Shown here in pieces: positions 63,979 to 64,000 of a DNA stretch of 64,000 bases (positions are counted from its first letter, which is position 1; every line of letters begins with the position of its first letter). The stretch is from Octopus sinensis. Taxonomy: Eukaryota. A model generated the notes under the pieces. It saw nothing but the letters and a program-made list of their open reading frames with translations, searched no databases and had not been told where the DNA came from. The stretch covers positions 11,222,001-11,286,000 of the forward strand of contig NC_043012.1 in assembly GCF_006345805.1 (NCBI RefSeq), read 5' to 3'. A program made the position numbers and the translations under genes.

Positions 63979-64000
63979 TGTACTTATACATATATATATA

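Overview
Repeat-saturated eukaryotic genomic DNA with no prokaryotic features. It is AT-rich, dense in microsatellites and packed with tRNA-derived SINEs, which points to a coleoid cephalopod, most likely Octopus (inferred from recognising the repeats, not from a search). Almost all long ORFs in the track are translated microsatellite or satellite DNA. Supportable content: (1) dozens of SINE copies from several families; (2) relics of an R4/Dong-type LINE, an RTE LINE, a mariner, a Tigger/pogo, a non-autonomous Helitron and several MITEs; (3) short (TA)n-flanked Penelope-like repeats carrying minimal hammerhead-ribozyme folds, in two clear families and a decayed third, all with an extra A after A9 and a palindromic stem III (the most interesting signal found); (4) several near-perfect hairpins and inverted duplications; (5) a 3.3-kb satellite with a 24-bp unit and higher-order punctuation; (6) two hand-assembled, phase-consistent chains of small exons in the CpG-depleted right third (a + strand chain at about 45.9-55.5 kb and a - strand chain at about 60.1-63.7 kb). 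I could not identify either protein. Exon calls are manual and tentative, and repeat boundaries are approximate (about +/-10 bp).
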